Counted from the first letter of the stretch, positions 25,768 through 35,618 are shown. The stretch: DNA of 36,339 nucleotides from Candidatus Thorarchaeota archaeon (GCA_029858305.1 JAOUFI010000018.1:1-36339), one strand, 5' to 3'. The notes: generated by a model not told the origin, from the letters alone. Translations and numbers: made by a program.

Positions 25768-27516
25768 TCAAGTAGATATGTCAAAGAGATCAATGAGCCG
25801 AAACCTTTCTACATCAATTAGACCTAGATCAGTGATTTTTAGCTTAGGGATAACAGGAAGTGAGAGAAATGCCATTGCCATGAAAGGCTCCCCAAGAGGA
25901 GTTCCAAGATCATGAGCCGCATCCTTGAGCAGATTCAATTTCCCGCTTACGTGTTCTACTGTTTGGTCGGACATAAGACCTGCAATCGGTAAAGGTAGTG
26001 ATTCGATAACCTCACCGTCCTTCACAATAGCGATACCACCTTGCATTCTTACAATCTGAACAGCAGCGGCTATCAAATCAGTATCATTTGTTGCGACTGC
26101 CACTATATTATGACTATCATGAGCTATCGAGGAAACCATAGCTCCTTCCTTGATTCCCATCCCATGTACAAAACCTACTGCTCTTGGTTCTGATGCATTA
26201 TGCCGTTCAATTATAGAGACCTTAGCAATATCACGGTCGATGTCAGGTACTACAAATCCATCGACGACCTTCGCTTCTTCAATAAGACGTTCTGTAATGA
26301 TTTGATCTCGAATCATACCAATGACATTCATGTGTGTTCCCTGTGCTTTCACCTGGAAGTCTTCTGGTTCGAGGTAATGAATATTGACAGATCTTCTCAA
26401 CCGAGGTTGATCTTGGACGCCAAACTCCTGAACCATCTTTCCCTTCCTGGCCACAAGCACGCCTTGTTTGTAGACTCTATTGACTTTAGCTGTTTCGAGC
26501 GCGTCTAAAACAACCAGATCTGCATAATAACCTGGAGCAATCGCTCCCGTATATTGTAGACCATAATGCCTTGCAGTCGAAATTGTCGCAACCCTAATAG
26601 CCTGAACCGGATCGACTCCGAACTCCACAGCAGATCGAATCATGCTGTCTATGTGACCCTTTGTTATCAAATCGAGGGTGTTTCTATCGTCAGTAGCAAA
26701 ACTACACTGCAGGGCAGTGTATGGAGTTATTAGTGCAGCAAGAGCTTCAAGGTTCTTTGCAGTAGAGCCCTCTCGAATGTGAATGTGCATTCCTCTTGAT
26801 AGTTTGCTTCGAGCTTCTTCGAAAGTCGTGCACTCGTGCTCAGAAGTGATTCTTGCAGCTACATATGCATTCAAGTCGTAGTCATTAAGACCTGGCGCAT
26901 GTCCATCAATCCTTTTTCCCATCTTGAGTGCAACAGATATCTTCTCCAATATCTCTGGATCCCTGTAAATCACGCCAGGATAGTTCATTACCTCCGCAAG
27001 ACCCAGAACGTAGTGCTCCGTCATCAGTGGTTTTATGTCTAGAAAATCAAGAGCAACACCATTCGTTTCTAGGTCGGTAGAAGGAACACATGAAGGGAGC
27101 ATCATGTAGAATTCGAGGGGTCCTCCTCGCATACTCTTGCTCATGTACATTATGCCTTCCATGCCCAAGACATTGGCAATCTCATGAGGATCAGCAACAA
27201 CAGCCCCTGTCCCATGAGGAACAACAGCTCGAGCGTATTGAATCGGCATGACCATTGATGATTCAACATGAACATGACCATCAATAAATGAAGGGGCAAC
27301 AAACTTACCCTTAAGGTCAATAACCTCCTTTCCGCTGTATTCTCCAATCCCAGCAATAAAAGCGCCATCAATAGCGATGTCTCCAGGGGTGATATCTCCC
27401 GTGAACACATTCACCACGTTTGCATTCTTTAACACAAGACCCGCCCGTGTTCTTCCAGATGCAACATCAATCATCTGTTCTAGAGGGTAATCATCAGCAC
27501 GACCTAGAAACATCAC
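25768..27516 (-). CDS. ade: Adenine deaminase
   Basis: DGHVHVESSM, DPHEIANV, EVMN, DGHAP, HEC, REGS, TDD, AHDSHN and FLSLPVIP; 582 aa. Confidence 0.95.
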   Translation of the reverse strand: MMFLGRADDYPLEQMIDVASGRTRAGLVLKNANVVNVFTGDITPGDIAIDGAFIAGIGEYSGKEVIDLKGKFVAPSFIDGHVHVESSMVMPIQYARAVVPHGTGAVVADPHEIANVLGMEGIMYMSKSMRGGPLEFYMMLPSCVPSTDLETNGVALDFLDIKPLMTEHYVLGLAEVMNYPGVIYRDPEILEKISVALKMGKRIDGHAPGLNDYDLNAYVAARITSEHECTTFEEARSKLSRGMHIHIREGSTAKNLEALAALITPYTALQCSFATDDRNTLDLITKGHIDSMIRSAVEFGVDPVQAIRVATISTARHYGLQYTGAIAPGYYADLVVLDALETAKVNRVYKQGVLVARKGKMVQEFGVQDQPRLRRSVNIHYLEPEDFQVKAQGTHMNVIGMIRDQIITERLIEEAKVVDGFVVPDIDRDIAKVSIIERHNASEPRAVGFVHGMGIKEGAMVSSIAHDSHNIVAVATNDTDLIAAAVQIVRMQGGIAIVKDGEVIESLPLPIAGLMSDQTVEHVSGKLNLLKDAAHDLGTPLGEPFMAMAFLSLPVIPKLKITDLGLIDVERFRLIDLFDIST

Positions 27517-27666
27517 TTATCACACTCGAAACAAATAGATTCCGCAATGAAAAGGATTTCTCAAGATGCTCTTTAATCCCGAGAGAGGGATACAAAAGGA
27601 GGGAAATCCTCTTACCATAAGACTCACCTGTCAAACAAGATGAATATTAATTGGAGAAGGAATAGC

Positions 27667-28971
27667 GTGCGATATGAGTGCATCAAAGCAAAGACTCTAC
27701 TCTCAAAGAGAGAGATGCTTGCAGAGGATTGGTTTCATATCAATCGATCACTCAATGCCTATAGAGGGTGCGAGCACGGTTGTGTATATTGTGACGGTAT
27801 GAGTGAGTATTACCATGTTGATAACTTCACTTCGCATATTCGCATAAAGGAAAACGCACCTGAAATCCTCAGAAAGGAATTGAAGAGGCTGGGGTTTTCG
27901 TCTCAGCAGGAGTTGGAAACCGAAACTCTGTGGTCGTTTCTTCCCAAAGATGATGCTACACGGCTTGCCATGAAGAATCCGCGAAGAATTGTCATAGGTG
28001 TCTGTGGGGGAGTGTCTGATGGATATCAACCAGCTGAGAAAGAGCATAGAATCACTCGCCAGATATTGGAAACTCTTCTTGATTTCAGACTTCCAGCAAT
28101 GATTCTTACTAAATCTGACTTGGTTTTACGGGATATAGATCTACTCAAGGAACTGAATGATGTTGCATTTGCCAATGTTGTGTTCACAATAACCCTTCAT
28201 GATGATGATAAAAGGAAAATTATTGAGCCAAGAGCAGCATCAACACCAGACCGATTTGCAGCTCTAAAAGAGCTGAGAAAAGCTGGAATTTTTGGAGGAG
28301 TGATGGCAACTCCAATCGTTCCTTGGATTGGAACAACATACGAGAACATGGAGGGTCTAGCTACAGAGGCAAAAGGTGCAGGAGCGGAATTCATTCTCTT
28401 TGGAGCAATGACTCTCAAGCCAGGTCGACAGAAGGAGCATTTTCTATCAGTCATCAGAAAACATTTCCCTGGCGAATTTGACAAAATCAAGGCTCTCTAT
28501 GCAAATGATAATAAATACGGAAATCCAATGTGGAAAAGACAGCCTATCAATACAATGCTACTCGGACATGAGATTTGTAAGAAGGTTGGGATTCGAGATA
28601 GGTCAGTTCGCCACACACTTCCTTTTGAAAATGAAGTAAATTACCGAGTTCTTGGAATACTACTTGATATCGTGTTCTACCAACGATATATGTTGGGTAA
28701 ACCATTGGATATGAGCAAGCCATTTCATGACTTATCAATTAAGCTTGAGAAAGGCGTAGAGAATTTGAAGGTATTACTTGATGAGAGACGACTTAAGGAA
28801 GGGCTATCCATAAATGATGAAATGGTAAGTATCGTGCGTCAAATCATAGAAACTGGTACTTGCCAGTACATGGAGAATTTGCTATCCAACTTATCTGAAT
28901 ACGAAATTGGAAATCAAGCAATGGTTATTTCTGATGAGGAGAGCGGTGATTGGAAAAAAGAAAAGGTCTGA
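27667..28971 (+). CDS. Radical SAM protein (spore photoproduct lyase-like / Rv2578c-like)
   Basis: NAYRGCEHGCVYC, DGYQPAE, ILTKS.LVLRD and IEP. GTG 27667 after ggagaagg is the likely start (the track gives 27640). Confidence 0.85.
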   Translation: MRYECIKAKTLLSKREMLAEDWFHINRSLNAYRGCEHGCVYCDGMSEYYHVDNFTSHIRIKENAPEILRKELKRLGFSSQQELETETLWSFLPKDDATRLAMKNPRRIVIGVCGGVSDGYQPAEKEHRITRQILETLLDFRLPAMILTKSDLVLRDIDLLKELNDVAFANVVFTITLHDDDKRKIIEPRAASTPDRFAALKELRKAGIFGGVMATPIVPWIGTTYENMEGLATEAKGAGAEFILFGAMTLKPGRQKEHFLSVIRKHFPGEFDKIKALYANDNKYGNPMWKRQPINTMLLGHEICKKVGIRDRSVRHTLPFENEVNYRVLGILLDIVFYQRYMLGKPLDMSKPFHDLSIKLEKGVENLKVLLDERRLKEGLSINDEMVSIVRQIIETGTCQYMENLLSNLSEYEIGNQAMVISDEESGDWKKEKV

Positions 28972-28991
28972 CCCGGAAAGTCCGAGTCAGA
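28954..28991 (-). terminator. Hairpin plus T-tract terminator for the 29000 surface-protein gene
   Basis: Minus strand tctgactcgga-ctt-tccgggtcaga (11 bp with one G-U) followed by ccttttctttttt. It overlaps the radical SAM stop codon. Confidence 0.65.
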
Positions 28992-28999
28992 TTTTGTTT

Positions 29000-31330
29000 C
29001 TATTTCTTGAACTTCTTCAAGTATACAACTGCCACAACTACAATGACAACCGCGCCTATACCAACTGGTAACGCTATGCTGCCAAGCAGTGCGAGTAGAT
29101 CTCCTCCAGCTGCAGGAGCAGGTAAGAGCTCTAAGGCGTGAGTCGGTAGTGGAATAACTTCAATCCAGAGGAATCCTTCTGCAGAATCAGCACGATTTAC
29201 ACGCATATCGAGGTATACAAGATCTGAAATAGCTCCGAATTGAAATGACCAATACGATACTACTCCAATTTCTGTATCATCTAGATCAGCGTCACCGACG
29301 TAGTGTGTTCTCTGATCATACGGAGTGTAGATTTCATACCATCCAAATGAAACAGCATCTGCAGATTTAATGGATACATTATACCAAGTACCTGGTGTAG
29401 TATTCAATTGAAGCGAATAATACTCATCAGCTGTATCCACAAGTGGATATACTAGAGTGAAGTTATGGGCATTAGAACTAGTTGACACATCGAGAGTGGC
29501 TGTATTGTCAAAGTCATCATATGTCACGTCGACCCAGTCGATTGTGAAATTCATTGCATAGTCAGGATAGGTATCGCCTATACCTAATGTGTTGTTGTAT
29601 GGATACACGACTAATGTGATCATCGCATACTCATCACTCCACATTCTTTCATCTAGTGTGTATGTTACTTCACTAACGTGTGTGGAGTGTGGAATTGCTA
29701 ATACACCATCCCACCAGGTCCCCATGTTCAAAACATCGCCCCACCTCCAACCAAGGAATTGGTCATAGATACCAATTTGGACGCTTGAAGATACGTTATA
29801 GACATTATTCAGAGTCAGAGTTAGGTTGTAGTCATGAGCAGGCGTAGTTGGAACCATGACACCACCTTGGTATACAATACCAGCTTCAAATCCTGGTACG
29901 ATCGAGCCTATTGTGAACTCAATCATCTCAGTAGTCGTATCTGCGACTGTTACAAGAACGACATACTCGCCAGCAGGTAGGTATTCCCAGGTTGCGCTAT
30001 AGATGTAAGCTGCATCTGCGGGAGTCGCTTCCACAAAGTATCCATCCTCATCTACACCATAGATGGCAATGGAATAGTCTGCGGGAGCAGCTGTTGAATT
30101 GACCTTTATCATGGATGGATAATCAAGAGATAGACTATATACTTCTTTCACAGGGTTGAAGTAGTAGTTGTCTAGCATGAACTCATGGTTCAACGGAAGA
30201 GGTTCCGCAACATCACTATCATGATAGAGTGTATAATCAATGTTATCGCCACCCATCACAGTGATGTATAAGATTCCTCCACACCAACTAAACACATCAT
30301 TTGTTGGAACTCCAATTCCTGCAAAAAAGCGCATACCACCCATATAATCATGCAAAAAGGCATCACTTGAGAACATTATGGCAGGATCTTGGGGGATTCC
30401 GATGAATCCCTCAGGGTAGTTGAATGAGTAATATAGGGAAGAAACGCCTGTGCCAGGATCTATTTTGTAAGTTCGACAAGTTGGAGCCAACTCATCATGC
30501 ACCAAACTTCCAGTTTCATCTGACACTTTGAGTTCACCAGTTGGAAGATTGCCCGTAAAAACTTCCCCAGGGGAGAGCAGCTGTGCTCCGACTGCTTGGG
30601 GATAGAAATTGAATTGTGCAAATGTAGTAGTTGATGGAGTAGCCTCAAGGATTATGTAGTATGTTCCAGCTATTGATGGTCTGAATGGCAGCACAATGAT
30701 ATCACCATCAGAACTACCCATATAGAACATCAATCTGCCTTGGGGATCATATACACCGACTTCCCATGTCACGTCATCCTGCAAGGAAGCGACAGTCATA
30801 TGAACAAATTCCTGTCCACTGATTCCTAAGGTTCCAAAGTAAGTGTACCTTGTGTCCATCACTACAGCTGTTTCTTGTCCAAGAGCAAGTGAGAAGACTC
30901 TTCTCTCGAGTGTTGTATTAATCACAGCACCAGATCCATCAGTTCCAATAAAATCATAGAATATTGGCAGCAAGCCTGGATTACCAAAGTCACCATTATC
31001 GAATGAATTGAAATCCTGCCAAGCAAATGGCGGATTTGATGGTTCTGTGTAGCTTGAGTCAGGGGATGCCCAGCCATCATTATCATACCTATATCTTGTG
31101 AGGTCAATGTCCTCATTCACATGCAATCTGCTGAAGGATGTTTGAAGAAAGACATCTTCAACAGAGGAATAGATGTAGGTGTGATTATTTGTGCCAGGAG
31201 CATAGGCCCTATTCATTTCTTGTTCTATTATTACTGATTGCAGGGCGGCTACTGGGGTTACCAAAGAACTGAGTAAGAACGCGCCTACAATTAAGATACC
31301 TAGTATCATCTTAGTATTGACGTGCTTCAT
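29000..31330 (-). CDS. Large acidic surface protein with repeated beta-sandwich (PPC-like) domains and a C-terminal TM anchor
   Basis: Signal peptide, repeated h-YD..G and GxY-hhh-V motifs, sequons, TM helix plus KKFKK. ATG 31330 fits the gaggtga SD best (the track gives 31342). Confidence 0.8.
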   Translation of the reverse strand: MKHVNTKMILGILIVGAFLLSSLVTPVAALQSVIIEQEMNRAYAPGTNNHTYIYSSVEDVFLQTSFSRLHVNEDIDLTRYRYDNDGWASPDSSYTEPSNPPFAWQDFNSFDNGDFGNPGLLPIFYDFIGTDGSGAVINTTLERRVFSLALGQETAVVMDTRYTYFGTLGISGQEFVHMTVASLQDDVTWEVGVYDPQGRLMFYMGSSDGDIIVLPFRPSIAGTYYIILEATPSTTTFAQFNFYPQAVGAQLLSPGEVFTGNLPTGELKVSDETGSLVHDELAPTCRTYKIDPGTGVSSLYYSFNYPEGFIGIPQDPAIMFSSDAFLHDYMGGMRFFAGIGVPTNDVFSWCGGILYITVMGGDNIDYTLYHDSDVAEPLPLNHEFMLDNYYFNPVKEVYSLSLDYPSMIKVNSTAAPADYSIAIYGVDEDGYFVEATPADAAYIYSATWEYLPAGEYVVLVTVADTTTEMIEFTIGSIVPGFEAGIVYQGGVMVPTTPAHDYNLTLTLNNVYNVSSSVQIGIYDQFLGWRWGDVLNMGTWWDGVLAIPHSTHVSEVTYTLDERMWSDEYAMITLVVYPYNNTLGIGDTYPDYAMNFTIDWVDVTYDDFDNTATLDVSTSSNAHNFTLVYPLVDTADEYYSLQLNTTPGTWYNVSIKSADAVSFGWYEIYTPYDQRTHYVGDADLDDTEIGVVSYWSFQFGAISDLVYLDMRVNRADSAEGFLWIEVIPLPTHALELLPAPAAGGDLLALLGSIALPVGIGAVVIVVVAVVYLKKFKK

Positions 31331-31510
31331 GCACATCCTCACCTCGACATTAAATGGTTGAATGAACAGTTATGAATTCATCTTGTTTGAATGTTTGAAG
31401 AACATTGTTCATAACACGCTTGAGATAAGCAATCACCTTTTATGATAGAAGATACAAGTCCATTTTCCAGGCTAAATTATTGACATCAAAGCTTGGAGTA
31501 TCGTATAAGA

Positions 31511-32158
31511 ATGAGCAGTAGGTTCGATTCGAAGAGCATCGCATTACTTGCAATCTTTAGTGCGATGGTTGCCATGCTAGAAGTGTTCCCCGTTGTGGGC
31601 ATTACTGATCTAAAATTCTTTCCCGGAGGAACTCCATTTACTTTGGATTGGACAGGAATTCCAATCGTGATTATTTTCATAGGTCTTGGGATGATTTCAA
31701 GCGTGATTTCAATAGCTGTGATGTTCGTCGCAATAGGATATCGTAATTTTCCAGGAGCAGTCTTCAAGGGAGCTGCGGAGTTGTTCACGATCTTGGGATT
31801 ACTTGCAGCGAAAATCATTATTGATAAGAAGTCGTTTGATAAAAGAACAAATCTAACTTTATTCTTAATCCTGGGTGCTGCAATTCGAACACTGGGTATG
31901 TTCATAGTCAACATACCATTACTTCCAGTTTTCTATCCACTGTTCTATACGACAGAAAGTGCGATTATAGCCTCAACCGTTTTAATTCCATGGAATATAC
32001 TTCAGGCAACTATCAATATTATTGGTGGTATGATTCTCTACTATCTCATCCCCGAGAACTTGAGAATCCAAGCTGGATTTGGTCGCAAACGAGAAGGCAA
32101 TATTATAGAGGAGCTCTCAAAGGAGGAAGTCGAACATGCGTCCGACTCAGATGCCTAA
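31511..32158 (+). CDS. ECF transporter S-component-like membrane protein
   Basis: SKSIALLAIFSA (AxxxA in TM1), TLDWTGIP, about six TMs and the terminal PWNILQA. Overlaps cofE. Confidence 0.7.
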   Translation: MSSRFDSKSIALLAIFSAMVAMLEVFPVVGITDLKFFPGGTPFTLDWTGIPIVIIFIGLGMISSVISIAVMFVAIGYRNFPGAVFKGAAELFTILGLLAAKIIIDKKSFDKRTNLTLFLILGAAIRTLGMFIVNIPLLPVFYPLFYTTESAIIASTVLIPWNILQATINIIGGMILYYLIPENLRIQAGFGRKREGNIIEELSKEEVEHASDSDA

Positions 32159-32942
32159 CAATCCCTCTGAAGAATCCAACTCTCAAAACAATCTAAGTAC
32201 TATCGAGGTCATACCAGTTATTGGATTGCCGAAAATAAAACCAGGTGATAATCTAGCTGAGCTGATTCTTCAAACAATGAATAAGAATAAACAGAATCTC
32301 AGGATAGGAGATGTTCTTGTAATCGCTCACACGGTCGTTTCTATCGCTGAGGGAGCAATCATTCAATCTGCAGACATTGTCGTATCACCGAAGGCGGAAA
32401 AGATTGCTCTGGCGAATGAACGCAAACCTCAGAAGATACAGACCGCAATCAACGAGGCTCAGGATATCATTCGCGAAGAACCGGTGCTCATTACAAGAAC
32501 AAGACACGGTCTTATCACGGACATGTCAGGCGTAGATGAGAGTAATGCACCAGTAGGATATTATGTTCTATTACCAGAAAATCCCGATCATTCAGCAGAT
32601 ATGATTTGTAGGGCATTATCAGAAATCATGGGTTTTGAAATTCCAGTTATAATTGCAGATACTCAGGGACGTCCTTGGAGAAAAGGAGCAGTAAATCTTG
32701 CCATCGGTCTAGCAGGGATATCTCCTTTTACTGTGAATGCTGGTTTGAAGGACCTTTACGGCCACGAACTTAGGTCTTCGTTGGTGTGTATTGCTGACGA
32801 ACTTGCCGCAGCAGCTGAACTGATTATGGGACAAGCCGATGAGGGAATTCCTGCTGCAATTATTCGAGGCTTGGATCTTCAACATGAAGAAGGTTCAGCT
32901 ACTCAAATTATACGATCCGAAAATGAGAACCTATTCAATTAG
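32136..32942 (+). CDS. cofE: Coenzyme F420-0:L-glutamate ligase
   Basis: PGDNLA, GDVLVI..AEG, GVDESN, LLPENPD, DTQGRPWRKG, DLYG and ADELAAAAELIMGQADEGIP. Confidence 0.9.
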   Translation: MRPTQMPNNPSEESNSQNNLSTIEVIPVIGLPKIKPGDNLAELILQTMNKNKQNLRIGDVLVIAHTVVSIAEGAIIQSADIVVSPKAEKIALANERKPQKIQTAINEAQDIIREEPVLITRTRHGLITDMSGVDESNAPVGYYVLLPENPDHSADMICRALSEIMGFEIPVIIADTQGRPWRKGAVNLAIGLAGISPFTVNAGLKDLYGHELRSSLVCIADELAAAAELIMGQADEGIPAAIIRGLDLQHEEGSATQIIRSENENLFN

Positions 32943-33006
32943 TCAATAACAACTACTTGGCGCTATATATTGTGGATGAATAGTACGGTTTTCGCATGTA
33001 GCAATA

Positions 33007-34869
33007 TCAATGATGGTTTCCTAAAAGTGCTGTATTAAAAAATGCAGCAAGGTGTTCTAGGAGAATCCTCTTATTCTTTTCTCGGACTATACCATGACCT
33101 TCATCTTGGAAGACGAGTTTCTCGTATGTGATGCCGTGGACTCTCAGACGTTTTTCAACTTCAATTACGTTTGAATTGGTTACATTGGGATCCATAAGCC
33201 CTTGAACGAAAAGGAGTTTCCCCTTGATATTTTGCACATAATTGATTGGAGACCGTTTATGATAGAGTTCTGGATTTTGCTCTGGAGAGCCTCCAAGCAT
33301 TTCTTCAGAATAAGGACGAAGATCAGGTCGTGTGGTTTCATAATCAATGACTAGGTCGGTCATCCCACAGATTGGAGCAGCAGCAGCAACAATCTCTGTT
33401 GGAAAATGAGTTACTGCAATCCAGCTCATATAGCCACCATAGCTAGTACCAAAGATACCAACTTTATTCGGAGCTGCAAGGCCCTTTTCAAACAGAGTCA
33501 TGATACCTGTTCGAATATCCTCCTTATCATAACCTCCCCATCCATCTTGCTTGATGAGTTCTCGGAAATTCACTCCATATCCAGTAGAACCTCTATAATT
33601 TGGATCAAGTATGCTATATCCCAAGGAACAGAAATACTGTATATCAATATCTAACATATCTCTGGAGTGCGCAGTTGGTCCTCCGTGCACATGAACCAGG
33701 GTTATTCCATTGACTTTTCTGGGTCTATAGAACCATCCATGAATCATCATATTATCCACAGAGGCCCATCTCAGTTCTTCAGCTGGAGTGAGGTCCTCCT
33801 GTTTGATGTTGCATTTTGATAGCATATTAGTTAAAAAGACATAATCACGAGGATCTGGATTCCTTGGGTCAAACCTTACCAGTTCCTTCGGGCTTATTGA
33901 GCTGTAAAATAGACCCAACCATTCATTCGAACTAATTGATGTTACAGGTTCTAAATTACCTCGAAGTGGAGTAACATTTCTAAATGTGGCAAGCTCTAAA
34001 TCCAGAAGGAAGCATTGTCTGCGTGCTTCACGCTCACGGACTAAAGCAACGTGTTGGCTATGCTTCGGCACAAAAGAATCATCATAAGGTTCATCTTTCG
34101 AGAACTTCGTTAACCATTGGATTTCATTATCTACAAGATCATAAAGTCCGATAGCCACAGAATCATGTCGTTTTTCTTGAAGAGTGTCTGTATTGAATAG
34201 AATTCTACCATCAAATGCCCAATCAGCTGAAACCTTTGCCTTTGGTCCAAAGTTTAGGATTTCTTTGTCTTCATTTCCATCAACAGAGGCAATCCACCAC
34301 TGTACTCCTGATGGATCTTCATCAGACCTGCTATAAAGAACGTATTTGCCCCTTGGCTCAATAGATAGCCGCGTATATGTGGGTTTATCGGGTCGAGCGA
34401 TGACTGTTTTCTTATTAGTTTCAATGTCCTGTACGACAACTCGAAAGGTCTCTGTTTCTCTCTTTATGTCGTAATCATAATTAGCAGCATATATGACAAT
34501 GTCCCCATCTGGTCCGAAAAATCCGCCTCTCATGAAGTGATTAGGATCTACCTCAGTAATGGGTATCATTTCCATAGGAGAATCTATAAAAACACGGTAA
34601 AGGGTGCTGCGCTCGTTTCTATCCTTATCCTCTGCAACTATTATCGATTTTGAATCTGGAGCCCAGTCTCTAAGAATTGTGAATTCAGTTGTATCAGTAA
34701 GTGGAATCAATTCGGTTCGTTCTTTGGTGTTTCCTAGAAAGATGTCATAATTGTCATGGATTCGATTAATCATCAAAGCAGTATGTTTCTTGTCGGGTGA
34801 AACAAGTATGTGCCCAATATCAGATAGATTCATGAGCGAATCGAGGTCAACCGTTCTCCCGGATTGCAT
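33007..34869 (-). CDS. S9 family (acylaminoacyl/dipeptidyl) peptidase
   Basis: Beta-propeller-like N-terminus, HGGP, NYRGSTGYG, GTSYGG (nucleophile), DPNV and DEGHG. Confidence 0.92.
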   Translation of the reverse strand: MQSGRTVDLDSLMNLSDIGHILVSPDKKHTALMINRIHDNYDIFLGNTKERTELIPLTDTTEFTILRDWAPDSKSIIVAEDKDRNERSTLYRVFIDSPMEMIPITEVDPNHFMRGGFFGPDGDIVIYAANYDYDIKRETETFRVVVQDIETNKKTVIARPDKPTYTRLSIEPRGKYVLYSRSDEDPSGVQWWIASVDGNEDKEILNFGPKAKVSADWAFDGRILFNTDTLQEKRHDSVAIGLYDLVDNEIQWLTKFSKDEPYDDSFVPKHSQHVALVREREARRQCFLLDLELATFRNVTPLRGNLEPVTSISSNEWLGLFYSSISPKELVRFDPRNPDPRDYVFLTNMLSKCNIKQEDLTPAEELRWASVDNMMIHGWFYRPRKVNGITLVHVHGGPTAHSRDMLDIDIQYFCSLGYSILDPNYRGSTGYGVNFRELIKQDGWGGYDKEDIRTGIMTLFEKGLAAPNKVGIFGTSYGGYMSWIAVTHFPTEIVAAAAPICGMTDLVIDYETTRPDLRPYSEEMLGGSPEQNPELYHKRSPINYVQNIKGKLLFVQGLMDPNVTNSNVIEVEKRLRVHGITYEKLVFQDEGHGIVREKNKRILLEHLAAFFNTALLGNHH

Positions 34870-34919
34870 AGACTGAAGAATGACAAATTGTTATTACATT
34901 TTTTGATAGTTGAGGAGAC

Positions 34920-35618
34920 TCATAAGTAAAGACGAATTCCGAGAGCAGGGAGTATCAGAATCAAGCCAATAATAATGAGAGTGACACCTACAATGATTTC
35001 TATTACTCTTGTATAACGGCTTAGAGACCTTGCCATACGGGTCCTTGCTTCTCCAGTTACGAGTGCAATAGCAAAATAGGGAACAGCAATTGTCATAGAT
35101 ATTAGGATGAGCATAAAAACGATAACATGAGGATTTGATTGAGCACCAAAAACTGAAATGACAGCCAATATTGAAGGACCTGCACAAGGCGCAGCCATCA
35201 ATGTATAACCCAAACCAACAAGAAATACCTGCGTCAAGTTTGATGGTGTTGCAGGCTGTTCTTTCAGGCTGAATCGTGATAAATGAAGTATCCTCCTGAG
35301 AGTTTCTGAAAGCATCACTACTCCAAAGAAGAGTATGAAAATCCCCAGAACTGCTTGAAGGTTAGTGAAGTTGGTTAACAAGAAAGAACCAACGGATGTA
35401 GCAAGATACGCAATAACAGCAAAAGTAGCTATTGAAACAAGAATCCCAGTCACCAAGGCACCTGTAACAATAACGCTCCTTTTCCGACTATCTGCTGCCT
35501 GAAGGCTGTTTAACAGAAAAAGAGGGAGGAGAGGAAAGAGACATGGAGATAAAGCGATGTATAGACCTGAACCCATCACTCCCAATGACATCAATATCAG
35601 CTCGATGACGCCTTGCAC
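34920..35618 (-). CDS. ccdA: CcdA/DsbD-type transmembrane disulfide reductase
   Basis: SPCLFPLLP and APCAGP Cys pair with about six TMs, downstream of a TlpA-like gene. Confidence 0.85.
   Translation of the reverse strand: MQGVIELILMSLGVMGSGLYIALSPCLFPLLPLFLLNSLQAADSRKRSVIVTGALVTGILVSIATFAVIAYLATSVGSFLLTNFTNLQAVLGIFILFFGVVMLSETLRRILHLSRFSLKEQPATPSNLTQVFLVGLGYTLMAAPCAGPSILAVISVFGAQSNPHVIVFMLILISMTIAVPYFAIALVTGEARTRMARSLSRYTRVIEIIVGVTLIIIGLILILPALGIRLYL

Noticed and set aside
2393-35187. Numerous 60-170 aa antisense or out-of-frame ORFs in the track (e.g. 2393..2869, 11598..12065, 15915..16382, 21356..21871, 31486..31914)
   Set aside because: They are shadows of well-supported genes, Ser-rich or otherwise atypical, and have no motifs.
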